Assembly: GCA_973895155.1 (NCBI GenBank)
Contig: OZ316894.1
Location: 12,316,828 to 12,380,827, forward strand
Direction of reading: 5' to 3'
DNA: 64,000 nucleotides
From: Marsupella aquatica
Lineage: Eukaryota > Plantae > Marchantiophyta
In this document: piece by piece, positions 52,129-62,800 of the stretch
Position numbering within the stretch: position 1 is the first letter of the stretch
Layout: every line of letters begins with the position of its first letter
The notes under the pieces: model-generated
What the model saw: the letters and a program-made list of their open reading frames with translations, nothing else
Database searches by the model: none
Told to the model about the DNA's origin: nothing
Position numbers and translations under genes: made by a program

Positions 52129-52137
52129 TGCGTTCAT
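49312..52137 (-). CDS. L1 ORF2 reverse transcriptase plus zf-RVT, 941 aa, lacking the AP endonuclease domain
   Basis: W.GEGD.STKFF, KSPGPDG, WRPLTMLN..YK, KLDFEKAFDRV, GVRQGCPLSPLLF, LFADD, CKLC...ETMQHLFIEC, in one uninterrupted frame. Confidence 0.95.
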   Translation of the reverse strand: MNAWLGEGDESTKFFYAIVKAKRARETMNLILKEDGTEITEAASIVLEVEKMCQALYAPQEPSQRETQERRQERRRLLQHTKFALTAAERMKLEALPTTKEVKEVLWMLPGDKSPGPDGLTAEVLRACWEFLGQDLVEMIQEFWMTGEIDSALKEGIIKLIPKKPDKRSLKDWRPLTMLNTTYKVIAKILALRLQEIMNKIISPQQTGFIQGRHILENISLAWLACDWIQHKKMEALFLKLDFEKAFDRVNHEYIWDTMHLLGISGHFITLVRALLAGSFSKAMVNGFATGMIELKRGVRQGCPLSPLLFVISTQPLMDFLAAEMEAGRLSGLSITDTLTICYRLFADDVGMFIPATEEAFTQAQTALACYEMGSGAKLNLRKSVVIPLAIEVIPDWLLYSGCQVSAMGEVQKYLGAPLGAGLKTEQLHRFCLDKISSRLSSWTNKLLSFTGRTLLVKHVLQAIPIYHVMHLKASAGLAKKLIALSRDFLWGYNPAGGKKIPLVAWDKMTLPKIEGGLGFKDFRSHSNALLSQWFTKALEYPDREWSKMLAANLSLMGWLNYKVIRRNNYTFKDRLLLCTPRAGGGLRYTSGLWKAWEELRAHLAFCPGRYGAPGRWSINDAIRCMVDFNSLPNVDIVGVTAICGRLGMRSIQDGWSVETGGWKDLPLRGQVLRGFTGEHRGLARAFLGRIWESTACRWDRDPPARQWRWSDRAEPLKDFQITNCRVYQFLRPKMSLHVLLNRCWSSHRSEIEWCIGWKKLWIFDLSCRAKTFIWRILVGGLFTGQRALRIQAGTGNCKLCCGVLETMQHLFIECSHASCCWRMCDRILTELRLPIGGGLLAILDASTGPEPIHTARIFCVYQTLWMIWLGRNEHMFSDKVGRSFDLGLMLAETANHIHAVGAGLRFGRRRSRLNRAQEWLRGTRQIWLRRGGDRDSLGAL

Positions 52138-52856
52138 GGTTTTTAGTAGCCGTGACCTGATTAAGTCCGACTGTCCTTTGAATCAGCCTGCCTGGCAATT
52201 GATTTCCGGATTGTGTGGGTGACTATGACAGGGTTTACCCTTGTATGATGGAGGTGTATGACGACCAGTGTATCGCCTTCAAAACACACTATCTCCAACC
52301 AGACACCGCTTCTCACTAGCTGTCTGTTCAACCTATACCTTGAGGTGCTGGCCCGTAAGGTTCTGGTTCGCAATGAGACGATATTCATTCATCGTTGCGA
52401 TTAACGAGTAACGACTTGCTGCATAAGGCAAATTCCTTCTCTCTCTCTCTCTCTCTCTGATTTGACGGTCTCATTCACTGCTCAAGTGCATACTTCACTC
52501 TGTTGCATTCATTCCAAACTCTCTCTTTATACTCAAAGACTACTCAACTGAGTAGGGACACTATTACAAAATTGCTGGCATTCCTAAGGTGAGCGGAGCT
52601 CTACCTTGCCCCAAACTTCTAGCAAAAAGTGACAGAGCGCCTATCGCTCCATAGCCTCTAAATACCTATTCCTCGTGTCCGTCTCTGCCCGAGGCCTCTA
52701 CTACTTCTTGGGGTGCGCTGATTACAGTTGGATGACTCGCGCCTCCTCTTTGATCTCCTTCGCTCGTTCATCAAGAACGCTAACTAATGCCTACCAGAAC
52801 GATGAGTGGAAGCCAAGAACTGCTGATTACTATGTCAAGAAGTTCTGTCTTCCTGG

Positions 52857-53462
52857 TTACTGAACTGTGCAACGGCCTCCTCGATTCCCTTCGGTTGCGC
52901 CTGATCCGGAAGCTTCCGGACTCCCGATTGTTAATCTTGCCATATGTGCCTCGACCTCCTGACTTCTGTCATCTTCCTTGGGGTTGCTCGGTTTGTCGGC
53001 CATGATTACTTGTTCGGCAGTGATTAATCGCCACGTAATCCGCTGATCATGGCTGTTATCCTGTCTTAGCAGCAGATTCCATTTCTTCCGCATGACCTTT
53101 CTACAGAGTTCTTCGATGGCCTCGCCGGTGGTGAATCGTTGGCGGAACTCTTCGCCCTTCATTCCGAACAATTGTTGCCCCGCCGCATCCCACACACGAT
53201 AGCTTCCTTCTTTGATCCGAATAGTGAACATGAACATAGGCACTCCTTCTCCTAGCGACTTACACTCATGAGCTAACCGATTCCTGCTAATGGGGGTTCC
53301 TATATTCGCCCCCCCTTGCCTTCTCTGTCGAGCTCTTGTGCCTAAGGCACATACTCTACCATCTGCTAGTAGGCCATCACAGCCTTCATAGCAGAACTCG
53401 ACTCCTACACGACCGTTAATCGAGATGATCGTCGCCTCCCCTACTTCCAGCCTTTCTGTCAT
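52857..53462 (-). CDS. RPA70 C-terminal (Rep_fac-A_C)-like zinc-finger OB-fold protein, about 201 aa
   Basis: ATIISI...FCYEGCDGLLADGRVC...HEC...PMFMFTIRIKE...VWDAAGQQLFGMKGEEF...ELCRKVMRKKWNLLL parallels the plant RPA70 DBD-C pattern (AT..I..FCY.ACP...C...C..C...Y.L...I.D....AF..AG..I.G....L). Assigned by eye. Confidence 0.65.
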   Translation of the reverse strand: MTERLEVGEATIISINGRVGVEFCYEGCDGLLADGRVCALGTRARQRRQGGANIGTPISRNRLAHECKSLGEGVPMFMFTIRIKEGSYRVWDAAGQQLFGMKGEEFRQRFTTGEAIEELCRKVMRKKWNLLLRQDNSHDQRITWRLITAEQVIMADKPSNPKEDDRSQEVEAHMARLTIGSPEASGSGATEGNRGGRCTVQ

Positions 53463-53742
53463 CTCCACAAAATGAATAACCGCTAGTCCTTGCTTACTAC
53501 TTCCTAAATACTCTTGGTTGACCTCTAGTTGACACTTCTAAACCTAAAGAAAAACTATAATATCGCCGGTGTAATTTTTATCGTTTACACTACCCCTGGA
53601 TCCACTCTGGGACTTGAGACACTTGCACTGTTGGCTGTTTGGAATACTGGTGTCCCCTTTGCTGATGCTTCTAAATTCTGATTGTTCCCCTTGCTGCGGG
53701 GCTTTCGTGGCTCAAATTTATAAAATTAAAATGGATTTAAGG

Positions 53743-54100
53743 AAGTAAAAAGATGTTGTTTTGTCAAAGATGTTGTCATAAAAAGGTGTGATTTATATAA
53801 AAAGATGACATTTTGCAAACAATGTCGATGCGTGAAGGATGACATTCCGCAAAAGATGTTGTGTAAAGGATGTCATTATGTAAACAATATCATAAATTTC
53901 TCATTGCACAAATATAAGATCACTCTTAACAACCTTAGTCTACAAAAATTGCAGAAGCATTCTATTATAGGTTTTGATAGTTCAATATGCGTGCGTTGCA
54001 CAAAAGATATCATTGCGCAAAAAACATTGTTTGCAAATTCAAAAAGTGTTGCGCAAAATATGTGGTTCTATGAAAGATGTCATATGCGGTAAAGATGTTA
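53743..54100. repeat. Continuation of the AAAGATG Helitron-like array, with a third gtgcgttgcac hairpin motif near 53990
   Basis: Same motif family as 45770-46340 and 46850-46897. Confidence 0.65.
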
Positions 54101-54354
54101 TTGTGTAAATAATAAATAAATGAAAAAGAGGTTACAATGTACAAAGTGAAAGAAAACATAGTCAACATTAAAATGTGAATAAATTGCACACTATGAAGCT
54201 TTAGTTATTGCCCTCAATGTGTTGCCATTTCATTCAAAAACATATCCAATGTTTTTTAGTGTCTTTGTTTTCTTGGAGCAAGTACCAAGTGGAGGGGCGA
54301 GTCTAGATTGAGTGAACTCATTGTATGTTCATTGTATGGCACATGCAAATATAG

Positions 54355-54650
54355 TTCACTCTAGATAAGTGACACTCTTACTATCCCATTGCACTAATCT
54401 GTTTTTCCATTCCTTGATAAGTGCACACCTCCTAAAATTTCACTTAGTAATATCTGGCATCTCCACAAGTGAGCAGTCGTGTGACTCATTACACAAACTA
54501 TGAATACTTGCCCTAAATTTGGTGTCCATAAGTCCAAATTTCCTTTATTTAAAAAGGGTGTGCACTTATCTAATGGAGTCTCATTGGATTGTGAGCTTAC
54601 TAATGAGTGTACCATCTTTCTTAGTTTGAGTACAAAATGCACTTATAAAT
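54355..54650. mobile_element. MITE-like remnant with inverted gataagtgcacacc motifs
   Basis: gataagtgcacacc near 54416 pairs with ggtgtgcacttatc near 54557. Weaker copies lie at 54364 and 54640. Confidence 0.4.
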
Positions 54651-54812
54651 TGTTTTGCACTTCTAAAGTTATCATTTAGCTAAATGATTTCATATCTATT
54701 TGGCCTTAGAAAAGGTGAAAAAAATGCAAACTTCTTGTAAAATGAGAAGAAAGAATAGGATGCCTTCTACTAAACCAAATTGGTTCAGAACCAATTGTAC
54801 ATTGGGGCAAGG

Positions 54813-56233
54813 TGTAAGAAACCGTCAGTTCTGGATTAGACAACAATGCGAAAACATGAGAGAGATACTCAATCAGACGCTACACCGACGAGACACCCCA
54901 AGTGAAGAAACTCCTGAAGGCTCCATAGCAAATGAGAGTACATGTGAAGAATGAGGGAGAGAATGCTCTCACTCCAACCTATATCCCCCAAGGGGACTAA
55001 GATGTGTGAGCTTAAACTAAACGGATCTTATTCCAATGTAATCTAGGGTTAACTAACCCTGGTAAGGCCAAACTAACTAAACCGGTAACTCGAGTCAATT
55101 CCTAACAATCTCCACCTTGACTTCAGTGCACACAATGAGTCAGGTGAAACACAATATGTAACTAAGTAACATATCTACATAGTCTCCGGTTTGGCCCTAA
55201 CATTAATAATATCCACACAATGACTAAAGCTATTGGTAGGTAAAACTTTGGTAAACATGTCTGTCACGTTCTCCTCTGAAGCCACCTTCTCCATAAACAT
55301 CTACTTTGTCTCAATCACCACACGGATGAAGTGATAACGAATATCAATTTTCCTTGTCCTGGCATGGAACACAAGGTTCTTAGCCAGATGCAAAGCACTT
55401 TGACTGTCACACAGCAGCACCAGTCTTTCAAGATAAAGACCCAGATCACTCACCAATCTCCATAGCCAGATCAACTCCTTGGTTGCCTCACAGGCATCCA
55501 TGTACTCAGCCTCAGTAGTAGACAACGCAACATAGGATTGATGTGCCGACTTTCTGCTGATACAACCTCCACCCAACAGAAACACATAGCTTGTAGTAGA
55601 CTTCCTTTTATCCAAGTTACTAGCATAACTGAATCTACAAAATCTTCCAACTCTAATGTAGAGTTTGCTTTACCGTCAAATAGAATCCCACAATCTAAGG
55701 TACCTTTGAGATACCGCAAAACAACACAAGTAATCATTGGATTGTCCTCTTAAAAGTACTTCAAAAAACATAGACACATTCGACACTCCAAGATGAAGCT
55801 TCAATTGGGAAACCGTCACCGCTTTCAAACACGAAACCTTCAACGCAAAACAACTAGTGAAACTATCACACAATTGTCGGTGATGATTCAATCTTTCATC
55901 CCAATCCAACACACAAACGCTCTCACCACTGTCCAGGCCACCAAACCTCAAACACGAAGCTCTGATACCACTTGTAAGAAACTGTCAACTTTGGACTAGA
56001 CAGCAATGCGAAAACATGAGAGAGACACTCAATCAGACGCTACACCGACGAGACACCCCGAGTGGAGAAACTCTTGAAGGCTCCATTGCAAATGAGAGTA
56101 CATGTGAAGAATCCTATACCCTCCAAGGGGGACTAAGATGTGTGAGCCTAAACTAAACGGATCTTATCCTAATGTAATCCAGGTGTAAGGCCAAACTAAC
56201 TAAGCTGGGAACTCTTAAAGTCAATTCCTAACA
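54813..56233 (-). mobile_element. Internally deleted (TRIM-like) Copia element, 1.42 kb
   Basis: LTRs at 54813-55107 and 55973-56233, TSD CAAGG on both sides, PBS TGGTATCAGAGC and PPT AAGGTGGAGAT. Only a decayed RNase H region (LRYLKGT...CDSQSA...IDIRYHF) remains. Confidence 0.93.
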
Positions 56234-57199
56234 CAAGGGTAAATATTGTATAGAGAAGGATTCAGAGAGATAAGGATTGTCGTGACACATACATTATGCT
56301 AGGGTATGTACTTGCAAGTACAATGGGAGGATAGAGGGGGGATCCATTGGCGTACTATAGGGAAAGTATAGAGGGAAGAATAGAAAGGATTGTTTGTACT
56401 TGTTTAAAGGGTTACCCTTTTGTAGAGTTTGGTTAATTTGTTTCTTCTATACTAAGTTTATTTAGATTTTTTTGGACACAGAAACTGCAAATTCAAACGA
56501 TGACCACTTTAAAAAAGGGCGCAACTCTTTATTATAGTTCTTGATTGCAACTTGAATAACAATGTTCAAACCATTTTTGAATTCCTCAAGGAATGTAAGC
56601 CAACATCCATTTGCTTGAACTAGCTACATTGAATGGTTGACTATTAGCAGCCATCAGTCACACAAGAAATCCTGCCGAGTGTATTGTCAATACAAGCAGG
56701 TTAGCTACATACATCGTGGAAATTGCTCTGTCTTTCCTCCCACAAAAAGCTATAAAAGTACTTTATTGAAATGCTAGCTAGCTATTGCCAATAACATCCT
56801 GGCTGGAAATGGTTAGATTCTATTGACACTCATATCATAGGATGATACCCAGTGGGCAAGAATTGCTACTGCTAGTGTGAAGGGTTGTCTGGCAAATGAT
56901 GCCAAGGTTTTCACATTCATCTCATACCAAACCTAAAAAATCTGGGTTTCCTACAAAGGGAAAGATCCTTCATAATCAGCATGTCATTTGTGTCTAGTCT
57001 CATAATTTTACCAATGTTGAGGGTATTTTCCTTGGCAGCTATCGTAATCAAAGCGGCTTACCTTCGTTGTGACCTTGTACAGGCAATTGTGACTACCTTT
57101 GTGAGTTGTATCCTAGTTTCACTCCTCTGGGCCTCTTAAGGATAAAGTTGGATTACGTGGGTGCTAGAGGTTGGTGGGCGACCAATTTGCATTTTGTGA

Positions 57200-58650
57200 G
57201 TGGAAGTTGAAGGTGTTTGTCTTACATTTGTGGGCAGGCTTTTTCAAACCAAAGGGTGGTACCCCAAGGAGAGAACAATGGGTCCGACGAGTTTGGAGTT
57301 GGCTTACTCGCTAGGGATGGTGTCCTACTTGGATAAGTGGGATTGGTTGGAATTCCTAGTTGTGGGATGCGCACACCAACCTGGTTCGCATCAGCCTTGT
57401 GAGCGAACCATTTGTTACCTGGCTTACAATATTTTTCAGACCTAAAGTGGTCTAGGCGTGTTGGAACGTTTACTTGGGTCATGACCATTTTTAAGGAGGG
57501 GTGCAAGTCGCCGAACTCGACTACCTTAACACTTAGCTTCGGCATTGCTGACTCCAATACTTAACTCCTCTATGGTCCAAGCCCCAGAACGGCCATCCAG
57601 TGAGGACTAACTATGGGGAGACTAGTGGGAAACAAGGCATTGCACTAGCGAAGGCAAGGTGCTAAGCTGGTGGCGCACATTAAGGACTTGGACTAGCTTG
57701 GGGCTGGTCGGGTCATGGGAAGGGGCCGGGCTTAAGGTGGACCATCCGGACCCCTGGATGGACTTTGAGTTCTGAGGGCTTGAGTGAGAGCTCCTCTTGG
57801 GCCCAAGACTAACAGAGTTTACTTCATGCGCAATGGACGCTTGACAAATGAGTTACGCCATGTTCCAAGTGCGGCTACCTAAGACACCCAAGTGACAATG
57901 GGTTTCTAAGTGCCTAGGCATGAGCATTGGGTCGGCCCAATCACAACGGGCTAAGGCACGCCGCCTATAGCCGCCTAACTAGAAAGTTATGGGCATAGCA
58001 CGTTAGTTGCACGCCCATGTGTGCAGGTTGGGGTCCAGGTAGGAGGCAAAAATTTGGGGACCAAAGTAGGTCCGGGGTGACAGGTCTCCATAAGCATATA
58101 TGAGGGGAGTGGTGTCTCCTTGGGGGCCAAGGGCAAGCCCAAGTCATGAGCTATGGCGGTTGCAACACCAAGTGGAGACGCCAAACAGAAACGATAATAA
58201 TTTCTCAATGGGCAGTCCATTCACTTGGAGTACTTCTTGGGTGCGTTGGAAAGATCTCAAAGAGGAATACATCCTCCTGAGCTCATATGGATCTAGGGGT
58301 GCCATGGATTCTTGGGGTTTACGGGGGCTATCTCGTCCTCTTGCCAAATTCTACCGAAACAACATCCAAGTCGCTTTCAATTTCCCACATGAGCTTGCGT
58401 TGGGGAGGCAAGACCAAGTGGGCATGGAAGTTAAGTTCCAAGTGCATTTGGCTCCTAGGCTATCAGTTGAGGGAGAACTATGAGTTGGTTGCTAGAGTTG
58501 GGGCCATTATGGTCATGACATTTTATGACAAGCTTTGGGACAAGCTACTCTATTTGGGCCATGAGCATGTCCCGAGGGTAGGGCGGTCAGCTAGTGATGG
58601 ATAGGTACGTGGGGGAGCACAAACTGCACCCAAAGAGGCAAACAATGGAT
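57200..58650 (-). pseudogene. Possible highly decayed Ty3/gypsy gag-protease remnant
   Basis: GC-elevated tract. The - strand has a weak LDGRSGA protease-like motif near 57590 and fragmentary gag-like peptides. No LTRs were seen. Confidence 0.3.
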
Positions 58651-59860
58651 TTTGGCTCTGGCTTTGGCTTATGGAAAGGCCACGTAGGCCAGGGAGGACC
58701 TATTCATTGACCTACTTACCAAGTCTGCTAAACTTGAGTTAGGATACTAGTCCTGGAATGTCTAGATCCTTTGGGTTATTTATCAGAGTGCTTGATTGCT
58801 TGTGCAGACAGTGAGGACCATTGAGCGACGGCCGTGTTAGGGAGCAAGTGCAGCATCGTATGGGAGTGATTGCCGGGAGTCCAGGAGGCATCAAGTTGCT
58901 TGCTCAAGGAGTTCTATGGAGGCATTCGGACACCAAAGACACTTAGGCGTGGGTGCTGGGATTGGTGAGGGCGTTGGGTGGCTAGGTGCACCATTGCATG
59001 GTTTTTCCTTGTTGAAATTGATCTCCACCAATCAATCAACCTGCCCAAGCTCCATTTGTTTTAGAGTAGTGTTGCAACAAGTTTTGTCCTTGGATCAGCC
59101 AAACCTACATGGCGCCCTGGTTTGGGTTGTTTTCTGCTGATGCGACACTCTCATCCAAGCGGAAGACTACTGCACCTGTGGAAGTGTGATGATCTTCTAC
59201 TTGGCTTGTCCTCAAGCTTTGTCATAACTTGCCACTGATTTGAGACAAAATTTTACATTTTCTGCAATGTTCTACAAATGTAGGGGCTGGGAGGGAGATC
59301 TCACTCGACTTCAAATTATAAGTTTGAAGAAGCAATGGACTGCCCCCTCCATGTCTATCAATGTTGTCCACGATCTTCATGCAAGGAAGGTTGGTTTCCT
59401 TCCGGTTGGTTTCCTTCCCGTGGTGCTTTTCCATGTGAAGTCAAAAACCCTAAGTAGCTTGTTTTCTTGTGTTGTCATTACATTCTGCTAGCCAGTTAAT
59501 ATATCATTTTCAGTTTGTCGTTCCTTAGAGGATGACAATGTTAAGGGCTACATCTCTACATAAGCGGTTGTTGCAACCACACCTACGCATCTACAAGCCT
59601 TCAAATTTTGAATATCGTTAAACTATTGCACCAAGATTGAAACAAACAAGACACTAAGAATTTTGAAAGTTTATTGTTGTGTGGGATATGGATTTGAAAA
59701 GCATGGAGATGGAGCAATCTCTGCTACAGAAGTCAAGCGATGTTGAGGATCTAAATGCGGAAATGGAATTCAGATCTGCTTTCCTAAAATTTCCCAATCT
59801 TAGCTTATTGAGTCACCGTATCACCAACCATATAGATCAATAGACAAAAACTCTCTAGTT

Positions 59861-62800
59861 TGTCGTGAGGTAATGAGTCTCCAACAGATCTTCTAGTCCG
59901 GGAGGTTTTATATATAGGTGTATGTATCATGTACACCCCTGGTTAGGGTGACTTAACCAGGGTAAACGGTGACTAGACGTGGGGATTATAACACTCCCCC
60001 TTGGCTAAATAGTGGTAGCTATGTAGACAACTAATCCTATGAGTCTAGTCTTTGTTGATTATGTTTATGGAGTGTATATGATAGGTGTACAAGCGAGGAG
60101 GACTGCCTCGTTAAAAAACCTTTATCAACTCTAGCTTAGTAAAAACTCTACCAGTGTAGTAGAGAAAAATGAGTGCTAAAGGAAAAAGAGTGCAGTCTAA
60201 CAATCCTCGTCGTAATAAATATCAATGTTAAGTAAAGTTAGATGCTATAGTAAATCTAGCTTTTAACATTTGTCTCATCAGTAGGTCGTCAGCAGCATAT
60301 CATCAGCATCATGTTGTCAACATCATCAAGTATCATGTGGAGCAGCAGCCTCCACGGTCATCATACGTCGCACGCTCTGTAGTCCAATCGCCTGGCAGTG
60401 TCGGTGATGGACTGATGGTGATAATGATTTGGTGAAGAGATCCGCACAGTTGTCTGCACTTGATATCTGCAAAATGTTGATCTCTTTTCCATGTAACTCG
60501 TGAGTGTAGAAAAATTTCGGAGCTATGTGCTTCACGCGATCGCCTTTGATGAATCCTTTCGTGATCTGCTGTATACATGCTGCGTTATCCTCAAAAATGT
60601 TAGTAGGCTTCGTTAGTGGTGGTAGGTCGCATTTGGTGTTGATGTGGTTTATAAAGGATCGTAACCAAACGGCTTCACGACTAGCCTCATGTAGAGCTAA
60701 GATTTCTGAGTGATTCGATGAGGTTGCTATTAGGGTTTGTTTCACGCTTTTCCAAGAGAAAGCGGTACCCCCTATGGTAAAAACATATCCGGTTTGGGAT
60801 TTTGCGGTATCAATGTCGGAGAGGTATCCGGCATCCGTGTATCCTATTAGCTCGTGGTTTGCACCGAATGAGTAAAATAACCCGGTATCGGTGGTTCCAC
60901 GTAGATATCTAAATATGTGCTTAACTCCATTCCAGTGTCTGGCTGTGGGAGTTGCACTATGTCTGGCTAGTAAGTTAACTGCAAATGCAATGTCTGGTCG
61001 TGTCTGATTTGCTAGATACATTAATGCTCCTATTGCGGAAAGGTATGGTGTTTCTGGTCCTAATAGTGGTTCATGTTCTTCGCGCTTGCGAAAAACATCA
61101 GTATTATTTTCTAATGAACGTACAACCATTGGTGACATCAATGGGTGTGCTAGGTTCATATTGAACTGTTTTAGGATCTTTTCGGTTTGTGTGGTCTAAT
61201 GGAGCATCATGCCAGTGGGTAGGATCTCTAGTTGTAAGCCTAAGCAAAAGTTTGTATGTCCAAGGTCTTTCATCTCAAATGTGGATTTAAGACTGGTAAT
61301 AGTATCTTCTGTAAGTTGGGGTGTCCCAAATATATTTAAGTCATCAACATAAATAGAAACGATGACATATTCATCATCCACATGTTTAATAAATAAACAT
61401 GGTGTAATGGCATCATGGGAAAAACCCATGGCAATCATTTCATCAGTAAATCTTTGATACCATACTCTGCCACTTTGTTTCAGGCCATATAATGCCTTCA
61501 ACACGCGGATATCTAGTCCACGGCGAGTATTCCGTATGGTTGACACAGCGGTGTCATTATTATGAGTTACATGTGTAGATGACACATGAGGTGTAACTTG
61601 AGATAATTGTGTGATAATCTTATGTAAATATAGGATATGTGATTTAGCGCCTTGAGCTAAGGCTCGGCGTCGTTGCTCCAACTCGGGAGGTGATTGCATG
61701 TATAGACAAGTGTCTAAAGTTCCATATAGATATGCGGTTGCAACATCCAGTTGTCGCATTTGTAGTTTATGGAAAATGGCAAATCCGATAAGGTATCGGA
61801 ATGTTGTGCTATCCATAACCGGTGAGTAAGTTTCATCGTAATGAATTCCCGGTTGTTGGGTAAATCCTTTCCCTACCAGACGTGCTTTGTAGCGTATAAC
61901 TTGGCCTTTATCATTTCTTTTGCGGACGAATGTCCACTTGTAGCCAATGAGGTGTACGTCTTGCGGTGTTGGCTCGACTGGGCCAAAAGTGTGTCTGCTT
62001 AGTAGGGAATCTAATTCTCCGTTTATAGCTTTTTGCCATTCAGGCCAATCTGGTCTGTTTTGGCATTCTAAGATGGATATTGGTTCTGGTGTTTCGTCTG
62101 TGATATGTGTTGCCACCATTAATGCAAAAGCATCATCTATTGAAGTAGTATTTCTATCCCACATCGCACCTGTGTCTGCGTAGTGGATAGAGATCTCTTC
62201 ATGGGATGTAGATTCGGTATGATTGACATCAGGTGAAGGTGGTATAGATGAACCACGCCTTCGTGGTTGTTTATCTTTTGATCCCAAGGGTCTACCTCGT
62301 TTTGCACGAGGTTGGGATGTACTTGCTAGCTCACTTGATAATTCGATGCGAGCAGATGCTCTCGCAGCTGGAATATGTGAGCGGGTAATTTGTGATGTGT
62401 CAATGAAAGCGTCAGGAAGTTCTTCCACAATCTTGTGGAGTTGCAGAATTCTTTGAACTTCTTTCTCCCCTTGATTTGTTCTAAGGTCTTGCCAAAATGG
62501 CGAGTGTCTTTCCCACTCCAAAGGTGGTTGTGGGTGTTCGGGGGTTATTAATGATGGGTAAATATGCTCATCAAAATGGCAATCTAGGAATCTGGCTTTA
62601 AAAACATCGCCAGTTGTAGGCTCTATATATCGGATTATGGACGGTGAGTCAAATCTGATGTATATCCCCGACTGTCGTTGGGGTCCCATCTTGGTTCGTT
62701 TGGGTGGAGTAATGGGGACCATTACTTAACATCCAAATGAACGAAGATGTGATAGGTCAGGTTTAATACCATTAGCAATTTGGTATGGGCTATAGGTATT

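Larger units (their letters stand above)
46898..53742 (+). mobile_element. 5'-truncated L1-clade LINE with a long cargo-bearing 3' region; contains a nested LINE
   Basis: 17-bp direct repeat aagtaaaaagatgttgt at 46881-46897 and 53743-53759. ORF2 homology (NLRKS.VIPL) starts exactly at 46898. The 3' end tgttcccc...ggggctttc...aaatttataaaa...aagg matches the 3' end of the nested LINE. Confidence 0.8.
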
